From Hyphochytrium catenoides (lineage: Eukaryota > Protista > Hyphochytriomycota), in the NCBI GenBank assembly GCA_900088475.1, contig FLMG01004277.1, forward strand, positions 1 through 64,000: a DNA stretch of 64,000 nt, written 5' to 3'. Positions 27,781-39,386 of the stretch are shown here, piece by piece; within the stretch, counting starts at the first letter, position 1; the number at the start of each line of letters is the position of its first letter. The position numbers and the translations under genes were made by a program. The notes below the pieces were generated by a model, which saw only the letters and a list, made by a program, of their open reading frames with translations, was not told the DNA's origin and ran no database searches.

Positions 27781-30459
27781 TCACTTCCTCTTGACCACAA
27801 TCTTAGGGGAGCGCCACGTCTCTTTGTCTTTCTTAGGATTACCGAGAGCTTTTTCTGCGGTGAGGACGACGTAATAAGTCCCGTCAGCCACAGGATTCCA
27901 TTCCTTGGGCTTTTTGGGGTCCTTCATGACAGCAGGCTGGAAGTCAGGCGACCTCCAAGGGAAGTAGAAGTAATAGCTCGGCTCCAGCGGATCCAAATTT
28001 GTGATGCCCAGGTAGGTTTCATGGGCTACGTAGCCCAGAAAGGCATCATTCTCAGCCTTGTGAAGGGCTAGGGTGAGCTTTGGTGAGGGATGGAGAAGTC
28101 GGCTGCGGAAAAGTGGGAAGTCTTTAGTCGTCTTGTTGAAGGTGAAAGTCGCTATCTCATCGGGACGGCGGTAGATAATGGCATCAGCGGCTCCCTTGGT
28201 GGCCTCACTTTGTAAGTCGGGGGCCTCATCCCCCGTGGGCAGCACTTTGTAGCTCTGGTAGTCACCCTTGTATCCAGCATAGGGTACGTAGACGGGGTTA
28301 TAGTCAGGGTTGGGCTGGTAGGAGCTCAGAGGAGTAACTTCAATGTAACCAGAGAACAGCCACTTTTCAGTAGGGAGCATGGAAGGGTCGGGAGTGATGG
28401 TGAGCTGTATGGTCCGCTTTGCTTTGGGCCCAAGTTGGAAGGAATCAGGAGAAATCGCGACGTTAGACGAGCGGACTTCCAGCTTGGGAACGGCGCTATT
28501 GCTGCCCTCAACGGAGGCGGCCGGGCGGTGGGTCACCTTGTACTTCATTGGCTCTTCACCCACGTTGGTGACCGTGATGGTGCGACGGAAAGCTTTCTGG
28601 TTGTCCTGATCATCGCCCAGCTTCAGCTTGGAAGGAGAGACACGGGTATTCCCTTTAAGAGCGTGGAAAGCGTTAACCATCCCAGCCCCTTGGCGAGCGA
28701 CAGGCGTCAACACTTCCATGTTAGTCTGTTGCGAGGGAACAGCATTATTCTGCAAAATTGCCATAATTTCCCATGGGTCCACCTTGCCATTGTGGTCATT
28801 GTTCTCTGCAATGTAGAGAGCAGCAACACCGGCGACATAGGGCGTAGCCATAGAAGTACCAGAGATTGTGTTATAACCACCAAGTTGCAGCGGCCATGCG
28901 GAGAATATTAGTCCACCAGGAGCGCCAATATCTGACTTGATGGACAGGTCGGGCGACAATCCCCAAGAGCTAAAGCTGCTGATCTTAGAGCCTTGAGGGT
29001 TCGGAAAGAACTTCTCTCCAGGTAGCCAGTGGACTTTCACAGGAGCACTGGCGCTTCTCTTGACGAGTTCCTCCCCGTCCTCCTTGGAAATAGCGGCCAC
29101 GGGGATCTTAAGGTCAGGGTCAGATACGGACACAGAGAGAGCTCCTGGCTGTGAGTTGTAGATAATGACAGCGATTGCGCCAGCCTCCTGCGCATTAAGA
29201 GCCTTGATCACGAAGGGGCAACTTCCTCTTCGGATTAGGGCAATCTTTCCCTCAAAGACCCCCAAGTTAATGTATGGGGTACAGCCATCGTCCATGATTG
29301 TGCTGTCCTTCGTTGAAAGGACAATTTCTCCGTCCTTGAGCAGCTCCCCTTGGGCTTGATCTATCGCGAAAGGGATCTCTTTCCCATCAGGAGATGCCTG
29401 GAAGGCTCGCCCAAGGTAGAAGTCATTATCGAAAGAAGCAACCCCAAAGCCCTGCATAGCCAAACCTGGGGAATTTCCCTGCCAGAGTCCCATTGCACCC
29501 TCATTCCCAATAGCAGACACAACGATTAGCCCTTTCTTTGAGAGCCTGTCAGCAGCCTTTGCATCAGGGTACTGAGGCCAAGAGGATCCTCCTCCTAGCG
29601 AGAGGTTAATAACGTCCATTCCGTCCTTGAAGGCTTGCTCCATGGAGCTGATAATTATATCCGTGGAGGTGGAACCGTCACAGCCAAAGATTTTGTAGGC
29701 TCCAAGCGTGACATCAGGCGCTACACCGACGAACTTTGCTTCTTTTCCACCAACGATACCGGCTACATGCGTCCCATGGCCTGCACAGTCATGAGGATCG
29801 TCGTCTGGCTTCGGAATCAGCTTGTCTGGTTGATTCTGAGCTTCAGAGTCATAGTCATCTCCTACAAAGTCATGACCGAAAGCTACACGGCACCCTGGGC
29901 CAGCCTTAGCGCAGGCACCAAACGCTGGATGTTTATAGTCTATTCCAGTGTCAAGGACGCCGACCTTGATGCCCTTGCCTGTGAAACCAAGATCCCGATG
30001 GACCTGAATTACTCCTGTCGCATTATGGGCAAAGCGGAGCTCAGGCTTGATGCCCTTCACTGAGTCACCATGAATAATGGCTCTCTTGTTTGGGTGCTGG
30101 ACACGATAGTTATAGAAAACAAAGTCCACATTCTTCAACTCAGGAATGGCAGAGACGTTAGCCGAGTTCTTGATATCGAGCGAGAGACCATTGATCAGAG
30201 TGTCAAAAACCGCGCGGACCTCATACTCAATGTTGTTGTCGTCCAAGGACTTCAAGAAGGCGTTCCTCTCGGCCTCCATCTGCTGGGTGTTACCGCCCAA
30301 GATTGTAGGGCTGGACTTGAGCTCAACAAGGACAGACTGCTCAATTGTTCTCTCCATCAGATGGCGGTGGGTGGAAGGAGGATGCACGAAGCGTCCGGCA
30401 TTGGTGATGGAGGTGAAGACTACGGCCAGTAGGCCAAGAGCAGCCAAAGAAGGCTTCAT
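27781..30459 (-). CDS. Secreted S8 subtilisin-like protease with PA and Fn3-like domains, intronless
   Basis: 892 aa. Signal MKPSLAALGLLAVVF; VLDTG, GHGTHVAG, SGTSMATP; PA domain GKIALIRRGSCPFVIKALNAQEAGA. Confidence 0.96.
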   Translation of the reverse strand: MKPSLAALGLLAVVFTSITNAGRFVHPPSTHRHLMERTIEQSVLVELKSSPTILGGNTQQMEAERNAFLKSLDDNNIEYEVRAVFDTLINGLSLDIKNSANVSAIPELKNVDFVFYNYRVQHPNKRAIIHGDSVKGIKPELRFAHNATGVIQVHRDLGFTGKGIKVGVLDTGIDYKHPAFGACAKAGPGCRVAFGHDFVGDDYDSEAQNQPDKLIPKPDDDPHDCAGHGTHVAGIVGGKEAKFVGVAPDVTLGAYKIFGCDGSTSTDIIISSMEQAFKDGMDVINLSLGGGSSWPQYPDAKAADRLSKKGLIVVSAIGNEGAMGLWQGNSPGLAMQGFGVASFDNDFYLGRAFQASPDGKEIPFAIDQAQGELLKDGEIVLSTKDSTIMDDGCTPYINLGVFEGKIALIRRGSCPFVIKALNAQEAGAIAVIIYNSQPGALSVSVSDPDLKIPVAAISKEDGEELVKRSASAPVKVHWLPGEKFFPNPQGSKISSFSSWGLSPDLSIKSDIGAPGGLIFSAWPLQLGGYNTISGTSMATPYVAGVAALYIAENNDHNGKVDPWEIMAILQNNAVPSQQTNMEVLTPVARQGAGMVNAFHALKGNTRVSPSKLKLGDDQDNQKAFRRTITVTNVGEEPMKYKVTHRPAASVEGSNSAVPKLEVRSSNVAISPDSFQLGPKAKRTIQLTITPDPSMLPTEKWLFSGYIEVTPLSSYQPNPDYNPVYVPYAGYKGDYQSYKVLPTGDEAPDLQSEATKGAADAIIYRRPDEIATFTFNKTTKDFPLFRSRLLHPSPKLTLALHKAENDAFLGYVAHETYLGITNLDPLEPSYYFYFPWRSPDFQPAVMKDPKKPKEWNPVADGTYYVVLTAEKALGNPKKDKETWRSPKIVVKRK

Positions 30460-30560
30460 ATTGTCTTGTTGTGGGCTCTTCGACTTCCAATGATGGTAGT
30501 GATTGAGCTGCTGTCGGGAGGTGCAGCTCCGTAGAATGAAAAAAGGAAGATGGCAACGAG

Positions 30561-30614
30561 GGGAGTGAGCCGCTGGGAGTTTGCAGCTGGCGACGCGGCA
30601 TAGCCTTTAAAATA
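30561..30614 (-). promoter_or_regulatory. Candidate core promoter of the minus-strand subtilisin (initiator-like GCTCACTCC with upstream TATTTTAAA)
   Basis: On the minus strand GCTCACTCC lies ~100 nt upstream of the ATG and resembles the oomycete initiator GCTCAYTYY. An AT-rich box sits ~40 nt further upstream. Confidence 0.3.
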
Positions 30615-31277
30615 GTCCTTCTATCTCCTCTCACTACTTACTAGGAGGTGCTCTTGACGTGAAAGAGAGAAACAAAGAGAGGAGACGGAGACAACAGGGA
30701 TCATCGGAAGAGTAGAGAACTCAAAGAGAACCAAAGGAACAAGTAAGAAAAAAGCTGGCCAATGAAAGAGAGCAAGGTCAAAAGACCGTCGATAAGAAGG
30801 AGTAGCAAGAGAACGAAAGGAGATGCAGACCAGAAGACCAGTAAGGACGACGAGCGGGGAGGAAGAAAGAACCAAAAGATGATGCTTATGTGTGAATAAA
30901 TCTTGGAGCTGTGGCTGGCAATCCCCTCTCGTCCTGCCATCATTCAGCTTGTCCCGTCTGCCGCTCCTCCTTGCATCCTCATGAGAAGAGACCAAGACCG
31001 AGACAGAGACAGAGAGAGGGAGAACGTGGGACGACGGAGACAGAGAGAGTCAGGTAGAGAGTGTAGAGAGTGAACTGGAGGAGGACCGAGGATGATAGGG
31101 CTTTCACTACTAATACGCCTTGTAAATCACTGAATAGAAATAGGGGGGCCAGAGGGCGGACAACTGTATGGCCAAAGATTATCTACTAGAAAAATAACGG
31201 ATAAAGCCAGAGCAAACATATAACCTTATTATACAGGTTCTGCCCCAAATTTTACCCCACAAGATGTTGAGAGATGA

Positions 31278-31321
31278 NNNNNNNNNNNNNNNNNNNNNNN
31301 NNNNNNNNNNNNNNNNNNNNN
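31278..31321. other. Assembly gap next to a GA-rich tract
   Basis: Run of N. Confidence 0.99.
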
Positions 31322-32406
31322 AGAGAAGAGAGAGAGAGGAGAGAAAAAGATTAGGAATTGGGTGAGGCTGAGCGCTGACGGAGAGTGCGGGTTGATATCC
31401 CAGAGGAGAGATCAGAAAGTCCAATGCAGAGTAGAGTGTAACGTGCAAAAGGAAGAGGGAAAGAAGTGAAGATTATGGAAAGATGAGAAATATTTAGATA
31501 GCGGTGCTCCGAGGGGCAACAACGGAGGTCAAGAGAGAGCATAGGAGGACCGGTAGTCATCCTCCTCTCGCCTCGATCTGCTACTGTGCTGTGCTCTACC
31601 TCCAGATCTGTCTTCTTAGTCGGCTTCCTGCAAGATATTGTTTTATTGATACGCCTCGCGGAATAGATATACTGGCTCAAATCATAAGGTTAGAGTCTCT
31701 GCTCGACCTCCAAGCCGATGCTGGCTCTTTCCCTCTCTCTACAGTCTACATTGTTGCTTCCAGCGGCACAGCGCAGCTTACTTCATCAGGCTAACTATTC
31801 TTCTGCCCAGTTTGTCCTATGCCGCTTCTGGTCTACCTATTCACTCGACGTTCATAACGAAACAGAGAAGGATTGCGTGGAGCTGCCTCCGTTATGCCTC
31901 CCTGCAGAGCTTCAGAGGCAATGCACTAGCTATAGGTCCTACTGATGTAGTAGCTGTAAAGTTCAAGACGACATTATACATATGAACAACTTTATATACT
32001 ATACAAACCACCACGCCATCACGAGACCTCATGCTTCCATCTCCTGCGGTGGTGATGAGGCATGATGTTATTAGAAAGGTGCTGAGTACATACTGATCAA
32101 ATAGACTGGACCCATCCGTCAATAATCCAACCTCGAGTTGCGTTTTCCACTAATAAAAATAATGAGTTGCAACTCTCAAGTCTCCGCCCTTATGCCCTGT
32201 CTTTCTCTGCCAAACCTCAATCGTACTCCAGGGCGGTCAATAAGGGTCAGTTAGTTACCACACGGTGACTAGGTAGCACAGCAAGCATGGAGTCTCCACT
32301 ATTTTGACTTCTTATTGTGGCGGCGGAGAATGGTTTTCTTGTCAAGTGATGGCTTCTCCTCCCTGCGGAGACGCGACTTGTCTCTTTTAGCACTTTCAGG
32401 TGGTGG

Positions 32407-32511
32407 CTCGGACATCATCTTCCGCATCAAAGTTGGGAAGAACTACACTCCTGGCAAACTGGTTGAAGAAAGAGGTTCTTCCCAACTTTGATGCGGAAGA
32501 TGATGTCCGAG
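32407..32511. repeat. Perfect 37-bp inverted repeat with a 31-nt loop
   Basis: ctcggacatcatcttccgcatcaaagttgggaagaac (32407-32443) is the exact reverse complement of 32475-32511. Confidence 0.95.
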
Positions 32512-34587
32512 ATGGTTCAAGTTGGGTATGACCTTCTTTGGTGGCTTGTTAAGTTAATGGTGGCCTCCTGGGCAGGCAACGCTATCGATGTTCTATTCCC
32601 AGGTATGGAGATAGTTCTGACCTGTGAGGTTTGGAAACACCTTGTACTACTGCTGCTGCTGCTGCTCAATTCAAGGTTGAGTGATTGCCTATGGCTGTTA
32701 TGGGCGTTGGCACCCGGTGTGAGACAAGGAGGTTCAGTCTCGGAAATTTACGAGAGAATGGGAGACAAGATTTGTGGATACGAGCCGCCTCTAATAAGAG
32801 GCTTTGCATAGGAGCAGCCAAATACAGAGGCAAATAGTACTATTGATTACGAAGACTTCCCATGCCTCTTTCTCCCGCCTCTTCCAGCACAGGCAAATGG
32901 GAAGTTTCAAGGATGACATCACAGTTGTACTTGCACCCACCACCTGCTGCACAATAAGAAAGACAGCTCGAAGTCGGGATGATCATACAGGAGTCTAGAT
33001 TGCTCTGACCAAAAACATCTTCTGGAAGGACGCCCAAGATCTGAATATTGGTCCCTTAGCAGCAGAAGCCAGATAAACTTGATCATTGAGAACATAGGAC
33101 ACAGACTGTCCAGCCAAAAGGCAAGGAACTCTGCGAAACATTGGTCGTGGCTAGTGTCTTTCCAAGGTCTATGTCGCCATTGGATAAATAAGAGGGGAAG
33201 AAGGAGGAGAGAGGACGGGAACATCAGAGGGCGGCCAAATAAAGGAACGAGTACTACTGTCATACAAAGCTGGATAGCGAAAGTAAGAAGAGCATCATCC
33301 AGACGAAAGAGACATCGTGATAAGGAACAAAGAGACAGAGCTAGACGGCGGAATGAGAGATAGTCCTATCTATCTCAGTACTGATGATAGAAGAACCAGT
33401 TCTGTCTCTCTTCAACAAATATAAAACCGACTGAAATAACAGGTAAAGCTTGACCGACTACTTCCCTTCCTGGGCGGACAGCCTAACGCCTAGAATCAGC
33501 GGCATTGGCAGTGTCCACATCACTGCCGGTCGGACTCGCCTGTAGAGGATCTCTAAAGGGGAACGATCCAAAATTTTTAACCTTGATAGGTCAGTTTATG
33601 CATGCGGCTGCACATGAGGGAGGGGGGATACATGAGACTGCCTATAGCTGCATTATGCTAATATGTCCTCAGAGGCAGAGGGGTTTGATAGTCATCAATA
33701 TCGTGAGCTGTGATTGGTTAGATTTCTGCGGAGGCCGATGATTGGACAGATCTAATCTGTTTAGTCATCCTATTTCCGTTAATAAAGGCTAGAGAAATTA
33801 GAACAGGCAAGTGGACCGAATAAATTCATTGAGATGTGTGGGAGGAAATAGGCGGACCTCGGGGGGGACAGCTCTTTCTGGAAAAGTAGTATATCTTCGT
33901 ATCTCTGCACTGATCATGCACTTTCTTGAGTGTACTCTTTACCTTCCTGCTGCGCAGTGATGATGGCTTGGAGGAGCTGTCCTACTGGTTCGCATGATGC
34001 ACAGTAGGCAGTTGAAGGAGGCCTCCAAGAAACACAGAGAAGGAGAGAAAGACAGAGAGAGAAGAGGGATAGACAGAGAGAGACAGAGATTTGTTGGTCT
34101 TGAAGGGAGTTAGGAGGAAAAGGAAGGGAAGACAGAGAACAAGAGAGATTGATGGTTGTATAAGGGAATATAAAGACAGCCATAGTGGCATGTCAAGAGA
34201 AGGTTGGAGACCGTTCTTGATGCTCATCAAGTGAGTCTAGCATAAAGATGGGAGAAAGAGGTCATGGCGCTGTCCAAGGTTTATCCACTATTAGTGGGCG
34301 GGGCGGGCCGATGGAAAGGAAGGAAAGGCTAACGGCAGCCAAAAAACCTTTGAACTTCGATCTTAGGTGTGTTAGAGTAGGTCTTGAAGGTGTTCAGGTT
34401 CTTATCCTGCAGTAGCAGAGGAGGAACAGACGAAGCCTACAAGAAGGTCTATGTCCTCCTATCTGTGCCAGCTTCCTGGAAGATAGGTAACGTTGAAAGT
34501 TCTGAAGGCTTCTATTCCACTTCGACATCGAACTTTTACGACGTTCCTTGCTAGTGCTTCTGATGCCAGCATGAAGCCTGGAACTAC

Positions 34588-34600
34588 CTCATTCACTTTC
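34588..34600 (+). promoter_or_regulatory. Candidate initiator-like element of the third subtilisin
   Basis: CTCATTCACTTTC lies ~100 nt upstream of ATG 34698, a similar distance to the element in the paralog. Confidence 0.25.
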
Positions 34601-34697
34601 AAAACTGACAGCAAGGGCTCAGGTCAATTAGGGACCTCCTTTCTGCCCTTCAGAAGAAGCCGAGCATTGCCCTCATCAATCTGCCCGGTTGAGAACC

Positions 34698-37370
34698 ATG
34701 AAGCTCGCAACCGTTGCCCTTGGCCTTGTTGTGGCTGCCTTCGCCTCAGAGAGCGATGCTGGGCAGTTTGTTCATCCTCCAGCAACCCATCGCCATTTGC
34801 TGGAGAGGACCATGGAGAAGTCTGTTTTGGTGGAGTTGAAATCCAGCCCTACCGTCCTGGGCGGAAACACCCAGCAGATGGAGGCTGAGAGAAACGCCTT
34901 CCTGAAGTCGCTGGACGATAACAAGATTGAATATGAAGTTCGCGCTGTCTTTGACACTCTTATCAACGGTGTCTCTCTCGACATCAAGAACTCTGCCAAC
35001 ATTACCGCCATTCCTGAGCTGAACAATGTAGAGTCGGTCTTTCACAACTACCGCATTCCTCACCCAAACAAGAAGGTAATCTTCGCAAGTGACAGCCAGG
35101 CTGGTGCCAAGCCAGAGCTTCGCTTTGCCCATAACATGACGGGAGTAGCTCAAGTGCATCAGGACCTCGGTGTAAAGGGCAAGGGTATCAAGGTTGGCGT
35201 CATCGACTCTGGTATTGACTACAACCATCCTGCCTTCGGCGCCTGCAAAAAGATAGGCAGGGGATGTCGTGTCGCTTACGGCCATGACTTCGTTGGCGAT
35301 GACTATAATGAGGGATCCCCTGATCCCGAGAAGAGGGTTACGAAACCTGATGAGGACCCCGATGACTGTGGTGGTCATGGAACTCACGTTGCAGGAATTA
35401 TTGGCGGCAATGAGGCTAAGTTCGTCGGTGTAGCTCCTGAGGTTACGCTTGGAGCCTACAGAGTCTTCGGCTGTTCTGGATCTACAGCCACTGACAACAT
35501 CATTAGCGCTATGGAGCGGGCATTCAACGATGGCATGGACATCATTAACCTCTCTCTTGGTGGCGGTTCTTCCTGGCCACAGTTCCCTAGCTCCAAGGCT
35601 GCTGACAGGCTTGCAAAGAAGGGCCTCATTGTCATTTCCGCTATGGGTAATGACGGCACCCAGGGCCTGTGGCTGGGCTCCTCTCCAGCTCTGTCTCAAG
35701 AGGGTTTCGGTGTTGCCTCGTTTGATAACAACTACTACGTTGGCAAGGTCTTCAAAGCCTCTCCTGATGACAAGGAAGTTCCTTTTTCAATTGATGGGTC
35801 CCAGGGTAGCCTTCTGAAGGATGGAGAAATCGTGGTGTCTAACACTGACACCACCGTTGAGAACGATGGCTGTGCTCCATACAGTGGCACTCCCTTCGCA
35901 GGGAAGATTGCCCTTATCCGCAGAGGTACATGTGCTTTCGTAGATAAGGCACTTAACGCTCAGGCTGCTGGCGCTATTGCAGCTATCATGTACAATAGAG
36001 TGCCAGGAGCCCTGGCAATCGCTATCACCGACCCTAAGCTTAAGATCCCTGTGGCTGGAATCTCCAAAACTGATGGTGAGGAGTTGATCAAGAGAAGCGC
36101 CACCGCACCAGTCACGGTGCGCTGGATCCCTGATGAAAAGATCTTCCCTAACCCAACCGGCTCTCAGATTAGCAGCTTTAGTTCATGGGGACTGTCCCCC
36201 GACCTGTCTATCAAGCCAGATCTTGGAGCTCCTGGTGGTCTAATCTTCTCCTCTTGGCCGCTAGAGCTTGGTGGCTACACCACTATCTCTGGTACTTCTA
36301 TGGCTACGCCTTACGTCAGTGGTGTCGCTGCTCTGTACATTGCAGAGAACAATGACCACAACGGCAAAGTAGATCCTTGGGAACTTAAGGAGATTCTCCA
36401 GAACAATGCTGTCCCCTCTGAGCTGCTGGATTTGGACGTACAGACCCCAGTTGCCCGCCAGGGAGCAGGAATGGTCAATGCCTTCCACGCCATCAAGGGA
36501 AACACTCGTGTCTCTCCTTCCAGGCTGAAGCTGGGCGAGGATCAGGACAGCCAGAAAGCCATCCGTCGCACCATCACCGTCACCAACGTCGGCGAAGAGC
36601 CAATGAAGTACAAGCTGACCCACCGCCCCGCCGCCTCTGTTGAGGGCAGCAACGGCGTAACCCCTAAACTCGAAGTGCGCTCGTCTAACGTTAAAATTTC
36701 TCCTGAGACGTTCAAGCTTGGTCCCAAGGGCAAGCGTACCGTGGAGCTGACAATCACGCCAGACGCCTCCATGCTGTCTACTGAAAACTGGCTTTTCTCT
36801 GGTTACATTGAGGTCACCCCACTCAGCTCCTATCAGCCCAACCCTGACTACAATCCAGTCTATGTGCCTTATGCTGGGTACAGAGGAGATTATCAGAGCC
36901 TCAAGGTGCTCCCCACTGGCGAGGAGGCACCCGTTCTATATAGCGAGGGCACTGCTGGTCAAGATGGAGCTCCAGTGTACAGCAGCCCTGACCAGACCGC
37001 CACCTTCACCTTCAACAAGGAAACCAAGGACTTTCCTTTCTTTGTCACCCGTATTCTTCACCCCACACCGCTTCTGAACTTTGCCGTTCACAAAGCTGAA
37101 GATGGCAGCTTTGTGGGCTACATCGCCTATGACGATTATCTTGGTAAGACAGAGACAACCCCAGGGGAGCCTGGGTACTTCTGGACCACCACCTGGAAGT
37201 CTCCAGACTCCAAACCCGCAGTCTTCAAGAATCCCAAGAAGAAGAACGAGTGGACCCCTGTCGCGGACGGTACTTACTACGTCCTTATTAACGCTCAAAA
37301 GGCTCTGGGCAACCCGAAGAAGGACAATGAGGTCTGGCGCTCTCCTAAGATCGTGGTCAAGACCAAGTAA
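34698..37370 (+). CDS. Secreted S8 subtilisin-like protease with PA and Fn3-like domains, intronless; close paralog of 27781..30459
   Basis: ATG at 34698 (MKLATVALGLVVAAFA); VIDSG, GHGTHVAG, SGTSMATP; PA domain GKIALIRRGTCAFVDKA. Colinear with the minus-strand copy. Confidence 0.96.
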   Translation: MKLATVALGLVVAAFASESDAGQFVHPPATHRHLLERTMEKSVLVELKSSPTVLGGNTQQMEAERNAFLKSLDDNKIEYEVRAVFDTLINGVSLDIKNSANITAIPELNNVESVFHNYRIPHPNKKVIFASDSQAGAKPELRFAHNMTGVAQVHQDLGVKGKGIKVGVIDSGIDYNHPAFGACKKIGRGCRVAYGHDFVGDDYNEGSPDPEKRVTKPDEDPDDCGGHGTHVAGIIGGNEAKFVGVAPEVTLGAYRVFGCSGSTATDNIISAMERAFNDGMDIINLSLGGGSSWPQFPSSKAADRLAKKGLIVISAMGNDGTQGLWLGSSPALSQEGFGVASFDNNYYVGKVFKASPDDKEVPFSIDGSQGSLLKDGEIVVSNTDTTVENDGCAPYSGTPFAGKIALIRRGTCAFVDKALNAQAAGAIAAIMYNRVPGALAIAITDPKLKIPVAGISKTDGEELIKRSATAPVTVRWIPDEKIFPNPTGSQISSFSSWGLSPDLSIKPDLGAPGGLIFSSWPLELGGYTTISGTSMATPYVSGVAALYIAENNDHNGKVDPWELKEILQNNAVPSELLDLDVQTPVARQGAGMVNAFHAIKGNTRVSPSRLKLGEDQDSQKAIRRTITVTNVGEEPMKYKLTHRPAASVEGSNGVTPKLEVRSSNVKISPETFKLGPKGKRTVELTITPDASMLSTENWLFSGYIEVTPLSSYQPNPDYNPVYVPYAGYRGDYQSLKVLPTGEEAPVLYSEGTAGQDGAPVYSSPDQTATFTFNKETKDFPFFVTRILHPTPLLNFAVHKAEDGSFVGYIAYDDYLGKTETTPGEPGYFWTTTWKSPDSKPAVFKNPKKKNEWTPVADGTYYVLINAQKALGNPKKDNEVWRSPKIVVKTK

Positions 37371-38325
37371 ACCTATTGATGTCGGTGCTGGCGCAAGAGA
37401 AAGTAGAAGATGTTAGCTGTTTTGAAGTTTTATAAAGAAAATAAACTATCAAGTCTTTTCACTTTTCGCCATATTGGTGCTATTATATCGAACTGCTCTA
37501 CTTTTGAGACATCAAAACATCCGTCGTGCCTTTTATAACTTACGCTAGCCTCTTCCTTTTTATAGCTGCTCCATCGCGCTCTGCTGACGAACTCGAATCT
37601 TGGATGGCTCTGTGGTCGTTACTGACCAACATTCATGATAGATCATCCCAAAAGGCATCCAAGTCTATATCTCTCTTCTACCACCAATAGCAGAACTCTT
37701 CTCTTCAGCATCCAACTTGCACTTGGGGAATCATCTTATAAATGCCATGACGGCACCCTTGACATAGATTACGAGAAGTGAGAAAAGAAGATGGCCATCC
37801 CACTAGCAATTGTTCAGGCAGTGCGAGAAGGAGTGCAGATAAGAGGGATGACCACTATAGAAACGAAAGAGAGAGGCTTGGCGTCTCATCTAGACTAGGG
37901 TCTCTCGATGACGCTGAGAGATGCTGTCGTTGTAGAGGATAACGTTCCATGGTCCCGTGGGTGGAAAGAAAATGGGATACTGCCATAGATTAAGCAGCAG
38001 TGCGAACGATTGAAAACAGCGCCGTCATCGCTACCATAGCCATTGCCCCTCAGAAGAAGAAGAGGAGGAAGCCGTACTACTATGACAACGGCGAGGGCAG
38101 TATACAGATAGAATCTCAGCGTTGCTATAGATTTGCCTGGAAAGGGTGTTTTAGTGATCCTCTTCCTGATAGATCCCTCTCTTTCGACTAGCAGTATTAT
38201 TAGGATCAACAGCAGTAATGTTGAGACATAATCCTGCTAACAACGCTGCTGGTTTTTGGTGGGCTCGCAGCATTCATAGTATTACATAGCCTGGCTTCCT
38301 TCTCTCTTCATCGTCAGCAGAACGT

Positions 38326-38500
38326 CATCCCACCACGTTCCAGCTTTCCAAACGTCACTGCCGCTGATGAGGATGAATGGGCTTATTGTTCAATTCCGAT
38401 GAGCAGCAGCATCCCACCACGTTCCAGCTTTCCAAGCGTCACTGCCGCTGATGAGGAAGAATGGGTCTACTATGATAGTTCAATCCGATGATGAGCAGCA
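38326..38500. repeat. Imperfect ~84-bp tandem duplication
   Basis: catcccaccacgttccagctttccaa[a/g]cgtcactgccgctgatgagga... starts at 38326 and again at 38410. Confidence 0.9.
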
Positions 38501-39386
38501 GGAGGAGGCCGAGAAGCTTCGACGGACGATCGATCAATGGCACTGAAGAGCTGGCCCATCAAGCAGCCCGGCAGCTGCGTTCTTCACCGCTTCGCCAATA
38601 CTTAAATAATTCCCAAACCACACCACAATATCCTACTTATACCTGTTAAATGCCCAATACAGAGCGTGACGTTAACATGATTGGAAGTCTACTGGGCTCT
38701 CCCCGTACTTACTACTTATATACACTTGTCCCGGTTCCCACTCTCATTGGCACTCACAAATCAAGAAACGGATCTTCGGTAGGGAACTGGGCGAACGAGC
38801 CCTCGCATCGGAAGAAGAAGGATCCGTTGCCTCGCTCCTCCGTCCGTCTGCCCCCTGTTGAGAGCTGCTTGCTTGTTGCCTTGCTCAGCAGCGGTGCTGG
38901 CACCTCAACGTTCCTTCTCCTTCGCTCTGAACAACATGCACTAAGAAGGAACCAGCGTGTGACAGTAAAACGCTTTAGCATCATGCTGAATGACCAACCA
39001 ACGAACACTTGACGGCAAGCACCCACCCCCGTCGAAGGAGGAGGAAAAGCAGCGATGCAGCATTGAACAGGCCAAGTAAAAGTTTTCTGCATTAGCGCAA
39101 GGAGACGATGAGGAGGAGGGACGAAGCATGGGATTCGATGAGGTTGGTTGACTGTGGCAGTTAAGGCACAAGAAGTTGCCCATCAGAAGAGGAGGGCGGA
39201 CTCCAATGTCTTCTCTTCCTTCGAGAATCAGTATCGTTCGCGGCGCTTGAAAAAGATCATATATTCTCTTCCTGTCTGACAGAAAGAAGACAAAGCTGAC
39301 CGTACGGTGGTGCACACCTAAACCAAATAGAGAAAAGTGGAAGGACGAAGGGCCCTTTGACATTCAAGCCTAAGCCCTGATACATC

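Noticed and set aside
33508-33545. 7-bp stem ggcagtg...cactgcc as a Helitron 3' hairpin
   Set aside because: The stem is too short, there is no clear CTRR end and no Rep-helicase remnants.
28326-37416. Many long antisense or alternate-frame ORFs over the subtilisin genes (e.g. 34746..35699, 317 aa)
   Set aside because: These are shadow ORFs caused by codon bias in the real genes. They show no recognisable motifs and recur in both paralogs for that reason.
11151-38500. Short direct repeats (11151, 18005, 38326) as CRISPR-like arrays
   Set aside because: Each has only two adjacent units with no spacers and no cas genes, in a eukaryotic context.
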